Shown here piece after piece: positions 35,151 through 45,488 of a stretch of DNA of 64,000 nucleotides; within the stretch, counting starts at the first letter, position 1, and each line of letters opens with the position of its first letter. The translations under genes were made by a program, and so were the position numbers. The notes beneath the pieces are model-generated. The model was not told the DNA's origin, ran no database searches, and saw only the letters and a list, made by a program, of their open reading frames with translations. The stretch spans positions 9,330 to 73,329 of the forward strand of contig JBBTJN010000033.1 in assembly GCA_038059415.1 (NCBI GenBank). The letters run 5' to 3'. This stretch comes from Elusimicrobiota bacterium (GTDB lineage Bacteria > Elusimicrobiota > Elusimicrobia > UBA1565 > UBA9628).

Positions 35151-36445
35151 GCGAGGGTCCTCTCGGAGACCGCGCGCATCCGCGCGAGCATGAGATGCTC
35201 GGAGAGGCGGTCGGCGAAATTCAGAAAGCCTAGGAAGCCTAGAAAGGGCCGCGAGGCCAGCGCATGATGGAAGTAAGAGGGAAAGCCGAACTCCATGACC
35301 GGGCCCGCCTCTAGCCCCAACACCTGCCAGCCGACATTGTTGGCCACGCACAGATCGTAGGGCCCCCCGGCTTTGACGGCGGCGAGCAAGGCTGTCTCCT
35401 CGGGTTCCACGAGAGGGGGGGGGTCGAGAGCGAGCGCGCGCGGGCCGAGGCGTCCCTCTCGGGAGACGACCGCTGAGGCTTCGACGCGCGCGCCGAGCAG
35501 GGCGGCGATCTCGCAGAACCCTTCGAGCAGATGGGGGTCGCCAAGGTAGAGGAGGCGGCGGTTAAGGAAGACCTGCGGGGCCGCCCACTCCAGCGGGGGA
35601 ACGACGCGGCGCAGCTCCGCGTCGATGAAGCGCTCCGCCGCGGTATCGCGGCCGAGCGTGGCGGCCACCTTCCGGACCCAGCGGGTGCTCGCGTCCAGCC
35701 CGAAGGGCAACTCCGTCTCGATGAGCGGGACCTTCAGGCGCCTGGCGAGCGCGCTCGCCGCTTTGCGCGCATAGGGCAGACTGATCACGGCCGAGGCGCG
35801 GCGGGCTTCGGTCAGGTCGGCATAGGGCCCGCCGGAGGGCCAGGCGCTGGCAAGGTCGAGGCCGAGCGCCTTGAACATGCGTTTGAGTTCCGCTAGGTTG
35901 CCGTTCTGGTCGCCCTCGTTGCGGTCCATCAGATGGCCCACGACGGCCACGGCGTTGCGCTCACGCTTCGAGCGTCCGAGATCGATATTGCGCGCGATCT
36001 CCTCCCAGACGGAGGCGTAGCCGTCGAGCCAGTCCTGGTCCAGCGAGTCGCAGCGGATCTCCAGAAAGGGAGTGCGCGTCTTTCTGCTCAGAGGCTTGAT
36101 GAGGCGGTCATATTGGATGCCGGACAGGCCGCACATCGTTAGCGATGAGACCATCACCAGCCCCGCGTCGGGGCGCTTGAGCACGCGGTCGAGCAAGGTT
36201 TTGATCCGCTGTTCGCGGCTGAAGGTGACGGTGTCCCATGTGGTGCCCGTCATGACGATGCGGTGATAGCCGGAGGGGTCGAGCAAGGTCGAGCGCCAGT
36301 CGTGCTTGCCTGACAGATGCTCTGCCTTGAAGGAGATGCACTGAGGACCGTCGACGAGGAGATAGGCGTCGCGCACCGTGTTCACCGCGGCGTAGACGCC
36401 GAGGAGATAGGGGAGGTTTAGGCGAAGGGAGCGGCTGTCAGCCAT
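35147..36445 (-). CDS. Nitrogenase component-1-like subunit, A-type, copy 2.
   Basis: LNLPYLLGVYAAVNTVRDAYLLVDGPQC and the rest of the protein are paralogous to the 31242 gene. The internal ATG at 36445 was chosen to match paralogs. Confidence 0.65.
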   Translation of the reverse strand: MADSRSLRLNLPYLLGVYAAVNTVRDAYLLVDGPQCISFKAEHLSGKHDWRSTLLDPSGYHRIVMTGTTWDTVTFSREQRIKTLLDRVLKRPDAGLVMVSSLTMCGLSGIQYDRLIKPLSRKTRTPFLEIRCDSLDQDWLDGYASVWEEIARNIDLGRSKRERNAVAVVGHLMDRNEGDQNGNLAELKRMFKALGLDLASAWPSGGPYADLTEARRASAVISLPYARKAASALARRLKVPLIETELPFGLDASTRWVRKVAATLGRDTAAERFIDAELRRVVPPLEWAAPQVFLNRRLLYLGDPHLLEGFCEIAALLGARVEASAVVSREGRLGPRALALDPPPLVEPEETALLAAVKAGGPYDLCVANNVGWQVLGLEAGPVMEFGFPSYFHHALASRPFLGFLGFLNFADRLSEHLMLARMRAVSERTLA

Positions 36446-38789
36446 GGGGGGCCATCTCCGTGAGGTAGCGCGTGTAATCCTTGTACAGCGCAATTGCAGA
36501 GACGCCGAGCAGGCGCTCCAAGCTTCGGACGGCGCCCTCGACGCCCGGCTCGAAGAAGGGCAGAGAGAACTGGCTCTTGCCGGCGCGCGTGAGCCGGGTG
36601 TCGAAGAAGATGTCGGAGTAAACGGCGTCGATCGGTCGTTCGCGCAAAAGCGTCTCAAGCTCGGTCGGGGAGTGGAAGCGGCGGATCGTTTCCATCTCGC
36701 GCCTGTCGCCGGCCGACGGGTGCGGCTGTGCGCCGCTGCACCCGCACCACAGCAGCCAATGCAGGCCGAAGCCCATTTCCCGAAGAGTGGAGAGCAGCGG
36801 TATGCCCGCGCTCCAGCGGCAGTCGCGGAGCTGAGCCAGACGCGTGGCGTCGCAGACGAAGCCGAGGCAACGCCTGCCCGCCTGGAGCTTCAGAGCTTCC
36901 CAGCGCGGCCTGCGCGGCTCGTATTTCGCGGCCCAGAGCTCGTCAAATCTTTTTGTGAGGTCGAAGAATTGCGCGATTTCGCCCAGCCAGCGGCGGGTGC
37001 CCTGCATACCGTAGGGCGGCTCGAGGACGAGCGGCGGGATCGGGAGTTTCCCGAAGAGGTCGGTCGTGAGTCCCTCGTATGCGTGGTACGGCCGTATGAC
37101 CTGAAGATCCGCGTCTGCATAGCGCGCGATGCTGTCTTGATCGAACTCGGGCAGAAGGCAGGCGTTGACCTCGATGCCCAGAGCGCCGAGCCAGGCGGTG
37201 AGCTCTCCTAGGGCGCGGTCGCGCGGGAAGCCGACGAGGTTGAGACGAGGCCCCCTCCCGCGCCGGGCGGGCGGGGCTTTTTTCCCCGCGAGAGCGAAGA
37301 GATCGGACAATAGGTCGGTGTGTTGGTCCGCGTCGCGGTCGGGGAACAAGGTGGGGATTTTCGAGCGTAGACGGAAGCGCTCGATGATCGCCTCGTTGTC
37401 ATCGCCGATCACGACCGCCGGGCATGAAGTGAGGAACACCGCCAGCGCGGTCTTGCCCGGGTCCGCGGCAAGGCCGGTCATTGCAGCCTCCAGCTTCCGG
37501 CCGCCGCCCATGATGATCTCCCCGTCCTTGATGTCGGACACGATCTGGCGCGAGTTGAGCCGTCGCAGCTCGAAGGGCAGGGGAAGGACGTTCGAGCAGT
37601 GATTGGGCCAGGGATGGTTGATGAAGCCGGCCGTCCCGTCGTCGCTGCGCGCCTCGACGAAGAAGCACTCTAGCTCCTTCTGCACGACGAAGGCGGTGCC
37701 GCGCAGGAGCGGCTTGGCTGAGTTGAGCTCAATCTCCGGGTTGGCGAAGAATTGACGCCACTGATCCTCCACGCCCCAGGTCCACGTCATCCAACGGGTG
37801 TAGGGGGGCGCTGCGGCGGCACCTGCGGCTTTCGCCAACTCGTGCGGATGGCCTGGTGCCCGCGCGGGAAGCGGCGCAGACGCCGGGGTGTCCTTGACGC
37901 ACGTCTCCACGGGAGGCGCGGCGGCCGCGGCGCGAGCGCAGCGAGGACGCCTGCGCAAGAGGAAGCGGTTTCGGTTCGCATCGTAGAATTCCGCCTCGTC
38001 CATGGGCTCGGGCACCGTGAGCTTGCTGCGGTCCAGGGCGCGCAGGCGTTTGGCGATCCGCTCCAGGTTGGGTAGGGCCGTCGGCCGCGGCACGATCTCC
38101 GTCAGGCAGCGCTCTCGAGACTCAGCTTCTCGGAATGAGAGGTCGCGGTTTACGACGCCGACGACGCTGGTGCCGATGCGGCGGGCGAAGCGCTTGATGA
38201 GCCCCACGTCGGCGCCGGGATCCCGGAGATTGGCGACGAGCCCGCAGAGGCCGACGCCGTTGCCCGCGTAATTGCGGACCGCGTGTGCGATGTTGTTGGC
38301 GGCGTACAGCGACATCGCCTCCTCGCTGACGACGATCACGACTTTCTCCGCGAAGCCCAGGCGCAGGGGCGCGGCGAAGCCTCCGCAGACCACGTCTCCC
38401 AGCACGTCGAACGTCACGATGTCGTAGGCGCCGCGCTCGATGATCCGGTCGCGCTGGAGCACCTCGATCATTTTGCTGATGCCGCGGCCCGCGCAGCCCA
38501 CGCCCGGCTCCGGCCCGCCCGCCTCAATGCAGTCCAGGCCGAGCCGGCTGCGCATGAGGAATTCCGAGGATGGAGCGACGCCGAGATCCTCGCCTTGACG
38601 GCTCAGCACGCAGCGCGCCTCGGGCCGCTCCACGAGCAATGCGGTCGAGTCTCGCTTGGGGTCGCAGCCGACGTGGAGAACGCGCAGTCCCGATCTGGCG
38701 TAGATCGCGCTCAGGTTCGAGGAGATGGTCGACTTGCCGCTTCCGCCCTTGCCGAAGAATACGAGTTTTTCCGGCGTCCGTGAAATCAT
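36438..38789 (-). CDS. Fusion protein: N-terminal NifH-like (nitrogenase iron-protein family) ATPase joined to a C-terminal B-type nitrogenase component-1-like domain.
   Basis: The N-terminus is [13 protein letters not shown] (P-loop). It has the cluster Cys pair GCAGRG...VCGGFA, which matches the NifH/BchL/CfbC signature. The C-terminal 500 aa align with B-type paralogs ([51 protein letters not shown]). Confidence 0.75.
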   Translation of the reverse strand: MISRTPEKLVFFGKGGSGKSTISSNLSAIYARSGLRVLHVGCDPKRDSTALLVERPEARCVLSRQGEDLGVAPSSEFLMRSRLGLDCIEAGGPEPGVGCAGRGISKMIEVLQRDRIIERGAYDIVTFDVLGDVVCGGFAAPLRLGFAEKVVIVVSEEAMSLYAANNIAHAVRNYAGNGVGLCGLVANLRDPGADVGLIKRFARRIGTSVVGVVNRDLSFREAESRERCLTEIVPRPTALPNLERIAKRLRALDRSKLTVPEPMDEAEFYDANRNRFLLRRRPRCARAAAAAPPVETCVKDTPASAPLPARAPGHPHELAKAAGAAAAPPYTRWMTWTWGVEDQWRQFFANPEIELNSAKPLLRGTAFVVQKELECFFVEARSDDGTAGFINHPWPNHCSNVLPLPFELRRLNSRQIVSDIKDGEIIMGGGRKLEAAMTGLAADPGKTALAVFLTSCPAVVIGDDNEAIIERFRLRSKIPTLFPDRDADQHTDLLSDLFALAGKKAPPARRGRGPRLNLVGFPRDRALGELTAWLGALGIEVNACLLPEFDQDSIARYADADLQVIRPYHAYEGLTTDLFGKLPIPPLVLEPPYGMQGTRRWLGEIAQFFDLTKRFDELWAAKYEPRRPRWEALKLQAGRRCLGFVCDATRLAQLRDCRWSAGIPLLSTLREMGFGLHWLLWCGCSGAQPHPSAGDRREMETIRRFHSPTELETLLRERPIDAVYSDIFFDTRLTRAGKSQFSLPFFEPGVEGAVRSLERLLGVSAIALYKDYTRYLTEMAPHG

Positions 38790-38822
38790 TGCTCTCCGTT
38801 CATGGGGCCGACAAGACTGCTA

Positions 38823-38839
38823 TGCAACGCTACGGCCAA
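38823..38839 (-). promoter_or_regulatory. Candidate sigma-54 promoter for the minus-strand nitrogenase-like/rSAM operon.
   Basis: The reverse complement reads TTGGCCGTAGCGTTGCA, which is TGGC-N8-TTGCA with -24 GG / -12 GC spacing, about 20 nt upstream of the ATG at 38789. Coordinates are +/-2. Confidence 0.45.
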
Positions 38840-38893
38840 CCCGTGCTCGTCTTTGAGAGGTCTCAGTCGTGGAGATGCTTGTGTGGCCCCTAT

Positions 38894-38909
38894 TGGCCAG
38901 ATTGTTGCA
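38894..38909 (+). promoter_or_regulatory. Candidate sigma-54 promoter for the plus-strand nitrogenase-like/rSAM operon.
   Basis: TGGCCAGATTGTTGCA matches TGGCAC-N5-TTGCA. The GC lies about 22 nt upstream of the ATG at 38930. Coordinates are +/-2. Confidence 0.45.
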
Positions 38910-38929
38910 TAACTATGTAGTATTCATCC

Positions 38930-40135
38930 ATGAAGTCGACAACTCGATGTAACCAGAAGCCGAAATCTCTGCGCTTGTCCGAACGGGCGGGGGAAGCGAC
39001 GGATCGTCGCCAACTCGCGACGCGCCTCAGCCGTCTCGGTCTGAGGACTGAGGACCCCTTTCACAGCGCGACCATCGGCGAGGTCTACCTCATGCTCACG
39101 ATGGATTGCAATCTGCGCTGCCAGGCCTGCTCGCTGTGGGGCGAGGGCGGCGCATGCCATCGTAAGGCGTACTTCGAGGGCATCTCCGAGGCGGCGCCGT
39201 TGGAGCGTTTGCGCGCGTTCATCGACGAACTCGTCGCCTTCCGGCCCGAGTATGTGAACTTCGCGGGCGGCGAGCCACTGATGAGCCCGCACTGGAGAGA
39301 GCTGTCCCGGCGCGCCAAGGACCGAGGCCTGCGCACCATCCTCACGACGAACGGCGTGTTCCTAGACCGCTTCGCCCAGGAGGTGGCAGCAAACTTCGAC
39401 CAGGTCAACATCTCAATCGCGTGCCCGCCCGCCATGAGCAAGGAACTGCGCGGGGGACCTTCGGGGCATTACCAGGTCATGATGTGCGGCCTCAAGCGCC
39501 TGGCGGGCCTGCGCGACCGCGGCGCCGGGCGTAAGCCGATACTGAGGCTGATGTGCGAAGTCTTCGATTCCAACGGCGATCATCTCATTTCGCTCATCGA
39601 CCATCTCAAGGACGAGGGCGTGGCCTTCGATGAGATTTATTTCATGCACTTGATTTTCAACCGTCCAAGCGTGTTGTCGGCGCAGAAGCGGGTGTTCAAA
39701 GAGGAGTTCGGCATCCCTCTCGGTCTGTGGAACGGCTACGGCTATCGTCCGCACGCCATGGATTACGAGGCGCTGGACCGGGCGTTGGGCAAGCTGCGGG
39801 ACTCCTTGCCTCACGCGCGCTTCAATATCGCCCTGCGTGGCGCGAAGGCGCTGCGCGACTACTACGAGGGCCGCCGCAGGGGACTGGGCGCGGCATTCTG
39901 CGACGGGCCCTGGCGTCAGGTTAATGTATTTCCGAACGGGCAGGTCTGGGTGTGTCCCGATTACGTGCTGGGCGACCTTCGCGAGGGGAACTTCGCCGGA
40001 ATATGGGACGGTCCCAAGGCCCGCGCGCTTCGCCGCCGGACTTTCTCGAATATCTTTCCGGCGTGCCGCGGCTGCTTCTCGTTCTATGAGAAGGAGCAGC
40101 CGGTCGGCTCCGTTGACGCGGGAGCGCCCGAGTGA
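38930..40135 (+). CDS. Radical SAM/SPASM-domain protein.
   Basis: The motifs are CNLRCQAC and AGGEPLM. The C-terminal SPASM-like cysteines are CDGPWRQVNVFPNGQVWVCPDY...CRGC. The start may instead be the ATG at about 39092 (MLTMDC...), which is preceded by GAGG. Confidence 0.7.
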   Translation: MKSTTRCNQKPKSLRLSERAGEATDRRQLATRLSRLGLRTEDPFHSATIGEVYLMLTMDCNLRCQACSLWGEGGACHRKAYFEGISEAAPLERLRAFIDELVAFRPEYVNFAGGEPLMSPHWRELSRRAKDRGLRTILTTNGVFLDRFAQEVAANFDQVNISIACPPAMSKELRGGPSGHYQVMMCGLKRLAGLRDRGAGRKPILRLMCEVFDSNGDHLISLIDHLKDEGVAFDEIYFMHLIFNRPSVLSAQKRVFKEEFGIPLGLWNGYGYRPHAMDYEALDRALGKLRDSLPHARFNIALRGAKALRDYYEGRRRGLGAAFCDGPWRQVNVFPNGQVWVCPDYVLGDLREGNFAGIWDGPKARALRRRTFSNIFPACRGCFSFYEKEQPVGSVDAGAPE

Positions 40136-41820
40136 AGCACTCGACGGCCGGGCCCCGGGCCCTGGCGGCCGTGTCGACGCTTCTTGGCTTGGAGGCAAAG
40201 GGCTGGAGGCTGGACGGCCTGTGCGTCGAGGGCGGCGAACGCGCGCGCCTGTGCTTAGTGAGAGGCGAGCATCGCTTCGTCTTTCATCTTCTGGCGAGCG
40301 GGTTCGCGCTGAAGGCGGAGACCGAGGCGGGGCCGGCGCAGAAGCGCCTGCTGGAATTCCTGGCGGCGAGGCTGGGGCGCCGGCGGCTCGCGGACGTGGT
40401 GAAGCTCATCGATTCCGATCCCGACTCTTTCGTCGAGGAACTGACGCCCGGCGCGGACGGCGACCGCATAAAGGTCCCTTACGTCGCCGGGCCCATGGGC
40501 TTGTGGGAAGCGGGCTGGCGCAACTTCTTCGCGGATCAGGACTTCGAGATCCTGATGGAGGCGCCGGAGCCCACGTCGAACAACACTGTCACCGTCGAAT
40601 ACGCCGACCTCGAGTGCTTCTGCGCCCGCCCGGACATCAGTTTCAGCCAGTGGAGCTTCCTCGACTGGCCCGACGAGTCCGTGGACCTCGGCGAGGCCGG
40701 CGAGGACGCCTTTGTCGCCATTGAGCTCGAAGAGAAGGACATGGTCATGGGGACCGGCGAGAAGGCCGACGAGATGATCTCCGAGGTTCGCCGCCTCGCC
40801 GACGCCGGCAATTACATGGTCGTCACCCACCTGTGCACTCCGATCGTCATGGGCGAGGACTTCCAGGCGCTGGCGAAGCGTTGCGAGGAGGAGGTGGGCG
40901 GGACCTCGGTGAGCTGGAGCCAGAAGGATCGCGACCGCGGCGACAATTTCGGCGCGCATTTCCGTGAACTTCTCGGGAGACCCGGATTTTTCGAGGGCCC
41001 CGGCGACGCCGCCGCCGTCAACCTTTTTCACTTCCCGACGGAGTTCCGCGAGAAGCAGCTGCGCCCGTTCCTTGAGGAGATGGGACTCAAGGTCAACGTG
41101 TGCGTATTCCCCGTCGTGGATTTCCCGTCGCTTGAGCGCCTGCCCTTGGCACGCTGGCAGGTTTTTTGGGAGAAGCCGTCCTACGCCGACAAGACCCTTC
41201 AGTTCATGCGTGAGACCACTCGTCCGGTGGTGATGGCGCGCGCGCCTTATGGTGTGAAGGGGACGCGCCACTGCCTGCGCGCCATCGCAGCAGCGGTGGG
41301 TATGGAGCGGCAGTTTGAGGCGGTCTGGGCCAATCAATTTGCGTCCTTCCTCCCGTCCTGGGAGGAACGATGCAAGGAGGCCGCAACCTACCGGCTCGCC
41401 TTCGTAGTGTCGGAGTCGATCATGCCGCGCCTTCTGGATCTGCGCTACGGCCACGGCGCGCCCCTGGCGAGCATGCTGATGGAGATGGGTTTCGTCCTCG
41501 ATCTATTGTACTTCGACCGCCATGGAGGAGTTCCGCAACTGCCGCCGGGGTTGCACGGGGCGACGATCACGACATTCCGCAGCCCGTGCGAACTGGAGCG
41601 CCTGCTGCGCGAGGGGGAGTTTCGCGCCGTTTACTCGGATATCTTCTTCGACTGGCGCGTCAGCGCCGCAGGCAAGTCCCGGTTCTCCAGCCGCGATTTC
41701 GAGATGGGGCTCTCGGGCGCGAGTCGCAGTCTGGATCGGCTCTTGAATGCCTGTCGCCTTCCCTTCTACCGCCGCTACGGCGCGCGGCTGGCCCGCCGAT
41801 CCCGGAGGGTGAATGTCTAG
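40132..41820 (+). CDS. Nitrogenase component-1-like subunit, B-type, copy 2.
   Basis: It is a paralog of the 32545 gene, with THLCTPIVMGEDF and [29 protein letters not shown]. Confidence 0.7.
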   Translation: MKHSTAGPRALAAVSTLLGLEAKGWRLDGLCVEGGERARLCLVRGEHRFVFHLLASGFALKAETEAGPAQKRLLEFLAARLGRRRLADVVKLIDSDPDSFVEELTPGADGDRIKVPYVAGPMGLWEAGWRNFFADQDFEILMEAPEPTSNNTVTVEYADLECFCARPDISFSQWSFLDWPDESVDLGEAGEDAFVAIELEEKDMVMGTGEKADEMISEVRRLADAGNYMVVTHLCTPIVMGEDFQALAKRCEEEVGGTSVSWSQKDRDRGDNFGAHFRELLGRPGFFEGPGDAAAVNLFHFPTEFREKQLRPFLEEMGLKVNVCVFPVVDFPSLERLPLARWQVFWEKPSYADKTLQFMRETTRPVVMARAPYGVKGTRHCLRAIAAAVGMERQFEAVWANQFASFLPSWEERCKEAATYRLAFVVSESIMPRLLDLRYGHGAPLASMLMEMGFVLDLLYFDRHGGVPQLPPGLHGATITTFRSPCELERLLREGEFRAVYSDIFFDWRVSAAGKSRFSSRDFEMGLSGASRSLDRLLNACRLPFYRRYGARLARRSRRVNV

Positions 41821-43114
41821 CCCGGGCGTCCGGTTCAATCTTCCCTTTCTCCACGGACTCTATGTCGCCTTCAACGCCATCCCCGACGCCTACTTCTTGG
41901 GCGACGGACCGAGCTGCGTATTCGCCAAGGCCGAGCACATACACGGCCGCCACGACCAGTTCTCCACGCTTCTCTCCTGCGGCAGCGATCATCGCATCCA
42001 GTACACGGGAGTCAACGTCTTCAACATCGCCGGCAACTTCGAGGCGGAGATATCCTCGGCGCTCAAGCGCATCGCAGGCTGGCGGAGTTCCGGCGTGATC
42101 TTCACCGGGGCGATGCCCATGTGCGCCGTCGCCGGTACCGATTACGAGAGAATACTGCGCGACGCCTTGGCCGGATGCGGCAAGCCCGCGTTCCTCATCC
42201 CGAGGCGTTCGGCCGTCTCCGGCGACTGGCTTGATGGCTACGCGGGCGGCCTCGAGGTCATCGCCGCAGGCATCGATCTCGCAGGAGCCAAACCCAAAAA
42301 GGGAAGCGCCGCGATCGTGGGCTATTTGATGGACCGCAACGAGGGCGACCACCAGGGCAACATACGCGAGCTCGAGTGCATGCTGCGCGCTTTGGGCATC
42401 GAGCCGGTCTCGATCTGGCTCTCGGGCCGCCCGTACGAGCACCTGCGCGAGATCCGGCGGGCGGGGGCGATCATCTCCCTGCCCTACGGCCGTGCGGCGG
42501 CGAAGACGCTGGCTAAGCGCCTAGGCGTGAAGCTCGTCGAGGCTGAGCTTCCCTTTGGGCTGGAGGCGAGCCGGCGGTTCGTGGAACTGCTGGGACGCGA
42601 GTTCGGCAGCGAGGACAAGGCTCGCGCCTTCATCGAGGCGGAGCTCGATGCGGTGGTGCCGCGGCTGGAGTGGAGCGTTCCGCACGCCTTCGCCAACCGC
42701 CGCTTCGCGTTCGCGGGGGATCCGCATTACGCCGAGGGATTCGCTGAGGTTGTCGAGGAACTCGGCGGACGCATCGTGGCGACGATCGTTATGGGCCGCA
42801 CCGGACATCTCAACGAGGAACGGCGGCGTCTGCTCGAGGCCCGGTCCGGCACGGTGTTCGAGCCGGATCGGGCCAAGTTGCGGCGCCTGTTCGGGGCGAC
42901 GACGCGCTGGGAGGTGGACCTTCTTGTCTGCAACAGCCGCAGCCTCAAGTACATCAACCCCCGGATTCCGTGGCTCGAGTTCGGCTTTCCCTCGGAATAC
43001 ACCCATTTCCTCGACAACGCGCCTTTCCTGGGATTTCGGGGAGCGCTCACCTTCCTCTCGCGGATGGCCAACGAGGTTGTCAAGGGCCTGCGCATGAAGT
43101 CGGCGGCGCCGTGA
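41813..43114 (+). CDS. Nitrogenase component-1-like subunit, A-type, copy 3.
   Basis: The N-terminus is MSSPGVRFNLPFLHGLYVAFNAIPDAYFLGDGPSC. It is a paralog of the 31242 gene. Confidence 0.7.
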   Translation: MSSPGVRFNLPFLHGLYVAFNAIPDAYFLGDGPSCVFAKAEHIHGRHDQFSTLLSCGSDHRIQYTGVNVFNIAGNFEAEISSALKRIAGWRSSGVIFTGAMPMCAVAGTDYERILRDALAGCGKPAFLIPRRSAVSGDWLDGYAGGLEVIAAGIDLAGAKPKKGSAAIVGYLMDRNEGDHQGNIRELECMLRALGIEPVSIWLSGRPYEHLREIRRAGAIISLPYGRAAAKTLAKRLGVKLVEAELPFGLEASRRFVELLGREFGSEDKARAFIEAELDAVVPRLEWSVPHAFANRRFAFAGDPHYAEGFAEVVEELGGRIVATIVMGRTGHLNEERRRLLEARSGTVFEPDRAKLRRLFGATTRWEVDLLVCNSRSLKYINPRIPWLEFGFPSEYTHFLDNAPFLGFRGALTFLSRMANEVVKGLRMKSAAP

Positions 43115-44499
43115 GCGCTCTCAACGTGGCGCCGGCTCGCGCCTTGCTCGCGGAAGGCCGGCTCGAGGAGTGTGCGAGGGAGATCTCGCGGCTGATCGCC
43201 TCCAAGCCGGCATGGCCGAAGGGCTCCCTCATCGGCTCCGTCCAGGGCCTACTGGCCGCTCGCGGCTGGACCATTGCCGTCGCGTCGCCGCGGGGCAAGG
43301 TGGTTCTCGCGGTCAGGCGGATGGAAGACGAGAGTGTCCTCGGCGCGTACATACTCGAGTACCGGGCCGCGCTGGATTGCGCGCGGAGCGTGTCCGTTCC
43401 CGCGCTGTTCCATCTGCGCCGCCTGCCGGGCAGCGCCGGGACGCGCCTGAGCGCGGAGGAGAAGCCGGAGCTCGAAAATCTATCGACCGGGTTGTGCCTT
43501 CTTTTCGAATCTTTGCGCGGGCGGTCCGGCGGCGGCACCGGCTTGATCGTTCAGGCAGAGACGCACGAGGCGGGCCGCGAAGGCCTCGAGAGGATTCTTC
43601 GCATCACGTCGGCCTGCAATCATCGCTGCCCGTTCTGCTTCGTTCCCGTTAACGCGGGCGGTGCCGATCGCGCGGAGCTCGAGCGCGAGCTCGACGCGCT
43701 GGCTCCCGTCCTTGGGCCGCACGGGACCGTGGTGATCTCGGGCGGCGAGCCCACCGTGGACCCGCGCCTGGTGGACATCATCGCGTCTGCGCGTCGCCGC
43801 GGGCTGCGGCGCTTCGTGCTGCAGACCAACGGGGCGGCCCTCGTCCGTCCGGGCCTGATGGAAAGCCTGCTCGCGCTCGGCGTGGAGGGTTTCGACGTTT
43901 CCTTCCATGCGCACAAGCCCAGTTCCCATGCCCGAATCACCGGGAACCGCGACACCTTTCCCAAGGTCGTCGAAGGCCTGGGTCGGCTGCTGGATTCGGG
44001 ACGGTGCCGGGTGACGGCGTGCGTGCTGGTCAACGCTTGGAACTATCGGGAGTTGCCCCAATTGGTGGGGTTCTTGGGGAAGTTGTCCCGGGAGCGGCTC
44101 AAAAAGGGAACGGGCCGTCTCGAGGTCGCCTTCTCCTTCATGAACGGGGCCGGCATGAACACCGCTGCGCGCATGGCCGTCGATCTCAAGAAGGCCGCGC
44201 CCTATCTGCAACGGGCGCTCGCGCGCTGCCATCAAGAGGGCCTCGTGGCCCAACGCTTCACGGGTGAGACCGCCATGCCGCCCTGCCTCGTCGCCGACTC
44301 GGCGGCGTACGCGGGCGACATCGAGTTCTCTCAGGAGCGCGTGCGTTACGCGGAGGACTTCCGCGGAGAGACCGGCAACGTCGGGCGCGCCAAGAGCCCC
44401 TCATGTAGGAAGTGCGTGTACGACTTGCGATGCATGGGCGTGCCGGCGGAGTACGCCAGACGGTTCGGCCTGGGAGCGCTGTCATGCAGAACCAAGTAA
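43111..44499 (+). CDS. Radical SAM protein with an N-terminal domain of about 170 aa.
   Basis: The motifs are CNHRCPFC and SGGEPTV. The tail is CRKCVYDLRCMGVPAEYARRFGL. The GTG start overlaps the upstream stop. It is a paralog of the 56357 gene. Confidence 0.65.
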   Translation: MSALNVAPARALLAEGRLEECAREISRLIASKPAWPKGSLIGSVQGLLAARGWTIAVASPRGKVVLAVRRMEDESVLGAYILEYRAALDCARSVSVPALFHLRRLPGSAGTRLSAEEKPELENLSTGLCLLFESLRGRSGGGTGLIVQAETHEAGREGLERILRITSACNHRCPFCFVPVNAGGADRAELERELDALAPVLGPHGTVVISGGEPTVDPRLVDIIASARRRGLRRFVLQTNGAALVRPGLMESLLALGVEGFDVSFHAHKPSSHARITGNRDTFPKVVEGLGRLLDSGRCRVTACVLVNAWNYRELPQLVGFLGKLSRERLKKGTGRLEVAFSFMNGAGMNTAARMAVDLKKAAPYLQRALARCHQEGLVAQRFTGETAMPPCLVADSAAYAGDIEFSQERVRYAEDFRGETGNVGRAKSPSCRKCVYDLRCMGVPAEYARRFGLGALSCRTK

Positions 44500-45488
44500 G
44501 ACCGCTCCGGCTCGACCTCATCCTGACTCGGATCTGCCCCATGGCCTGCGTGTACTGCCATATGGATCACCGGCCGGGCGTGATGAGCCCGCGCGTGTGG
44601 CGCAAGGCCGTGGACCTCCTTCTCAGGGAGCAAGGGCCTCTGGAACTCCAGCTCATGGGGGGCGAGCCGCTCGTCGAGTATGATCTCGTGCGGGAGATTT
44701 TGACCTACGCGGCCGCGGCGGCCGCCAAAAAGAGGAAAGCCCTCGGCCTCGGGGTGACCACCAATGGGCTGCTCCTCACCGCGAAGCGCGCTGCCGAGCT
44801 CCGGCGCCTCGGAGCCCGCGTGATGCTGAGCTTCGACGGCGACAAGGACGTGCAGACCGCGCAGCGGACTCAGCGGGCGGGCGGGGAAAAGTTCTGGACG
44901 GTGCTGAAGCGCAATTTGGCGGCGTTGGGGGCCTCCGGAAATCCCTTCTTCGTCAACATCGTCGTCACCCCCGAGTCCGCCGGACGATTGTCCCAAGGCG
45001 TCACCTTCCTGCTTGGTCAAGGAGTGCGCGCCTTCCAGATCAGCTACGCCTTGGGTGTTTTTTGGGATGAGGAGCGCTTGAATATCTTGGAAGAGGAACT
45101 GCGCAAGAGCTACCGACAGGCCGACGCGGCTCTTCCACCTGCGGAGGTGTTCAACCGCCGCAACGACGCCGAGCCGGTGCTGCTGAGCCCGCAGCATGTC
45201 GTTGATACAGACGGGCGGCTGTATGTCGGAACCTCGATCGTGCTCGAGCATCTCTGGCCGGCTCTGCACCGGTCTTTCCTGGTCGGCGCCGTCGGCAAGC
45301 TGCGCAGCTTTCCTGGGCGAGGCGTGGGGCCGCAGGAGCAGCTTCGCCGCCTGCGCGCCGCGGATGTCGCCGGCGAGGCGCGCCGGACCATGCGCAACAA
45401 TCTGGCGGTCGGGAAACGGATGCGCGAGTTCTGGAAGAAGGAGATACTCCTCGCGCCGGGATCCGATTATCGCAAAGGAGGCCGCTGA
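44484..45488 (+). CDS. Radical SAM protein.
   Basis: The motifs are CPMACVYC and MGGEPLV. The internal ATG at 44484 (MQNQVRPLRLDL...) is placed just upstream of the Cys motif. Confidence 0.65.
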   Translation: MQNQVRPLRLDLILTRICPMACVYCHMDHRPGVMSPRVWRKAVDLLLREQGPLELQLMGGEPLVEYDLVREILTYAAAAAAKKRKALGLGVTTNGLLLTAKRAAELRRLGARVMLSFDGDKDVQTAQRTQRAGGEKFWTVLKRNLAALGASGNPFFVNIVVTPESAGRLSQGVTFLLGQGVRAFQISYALGVFWDEERLNILEEELRKSYRQADAALPPAEVFNRRNDAEPVLLSPQHVVDTDGRLYVGTSIVLEHLWPALHRSFLVGAVGKLRSFPGRGVGPQEQLRRLRAADVAGEARRTMRNNLAVGKRMREFWKKEILLAPGSDYRKGGR

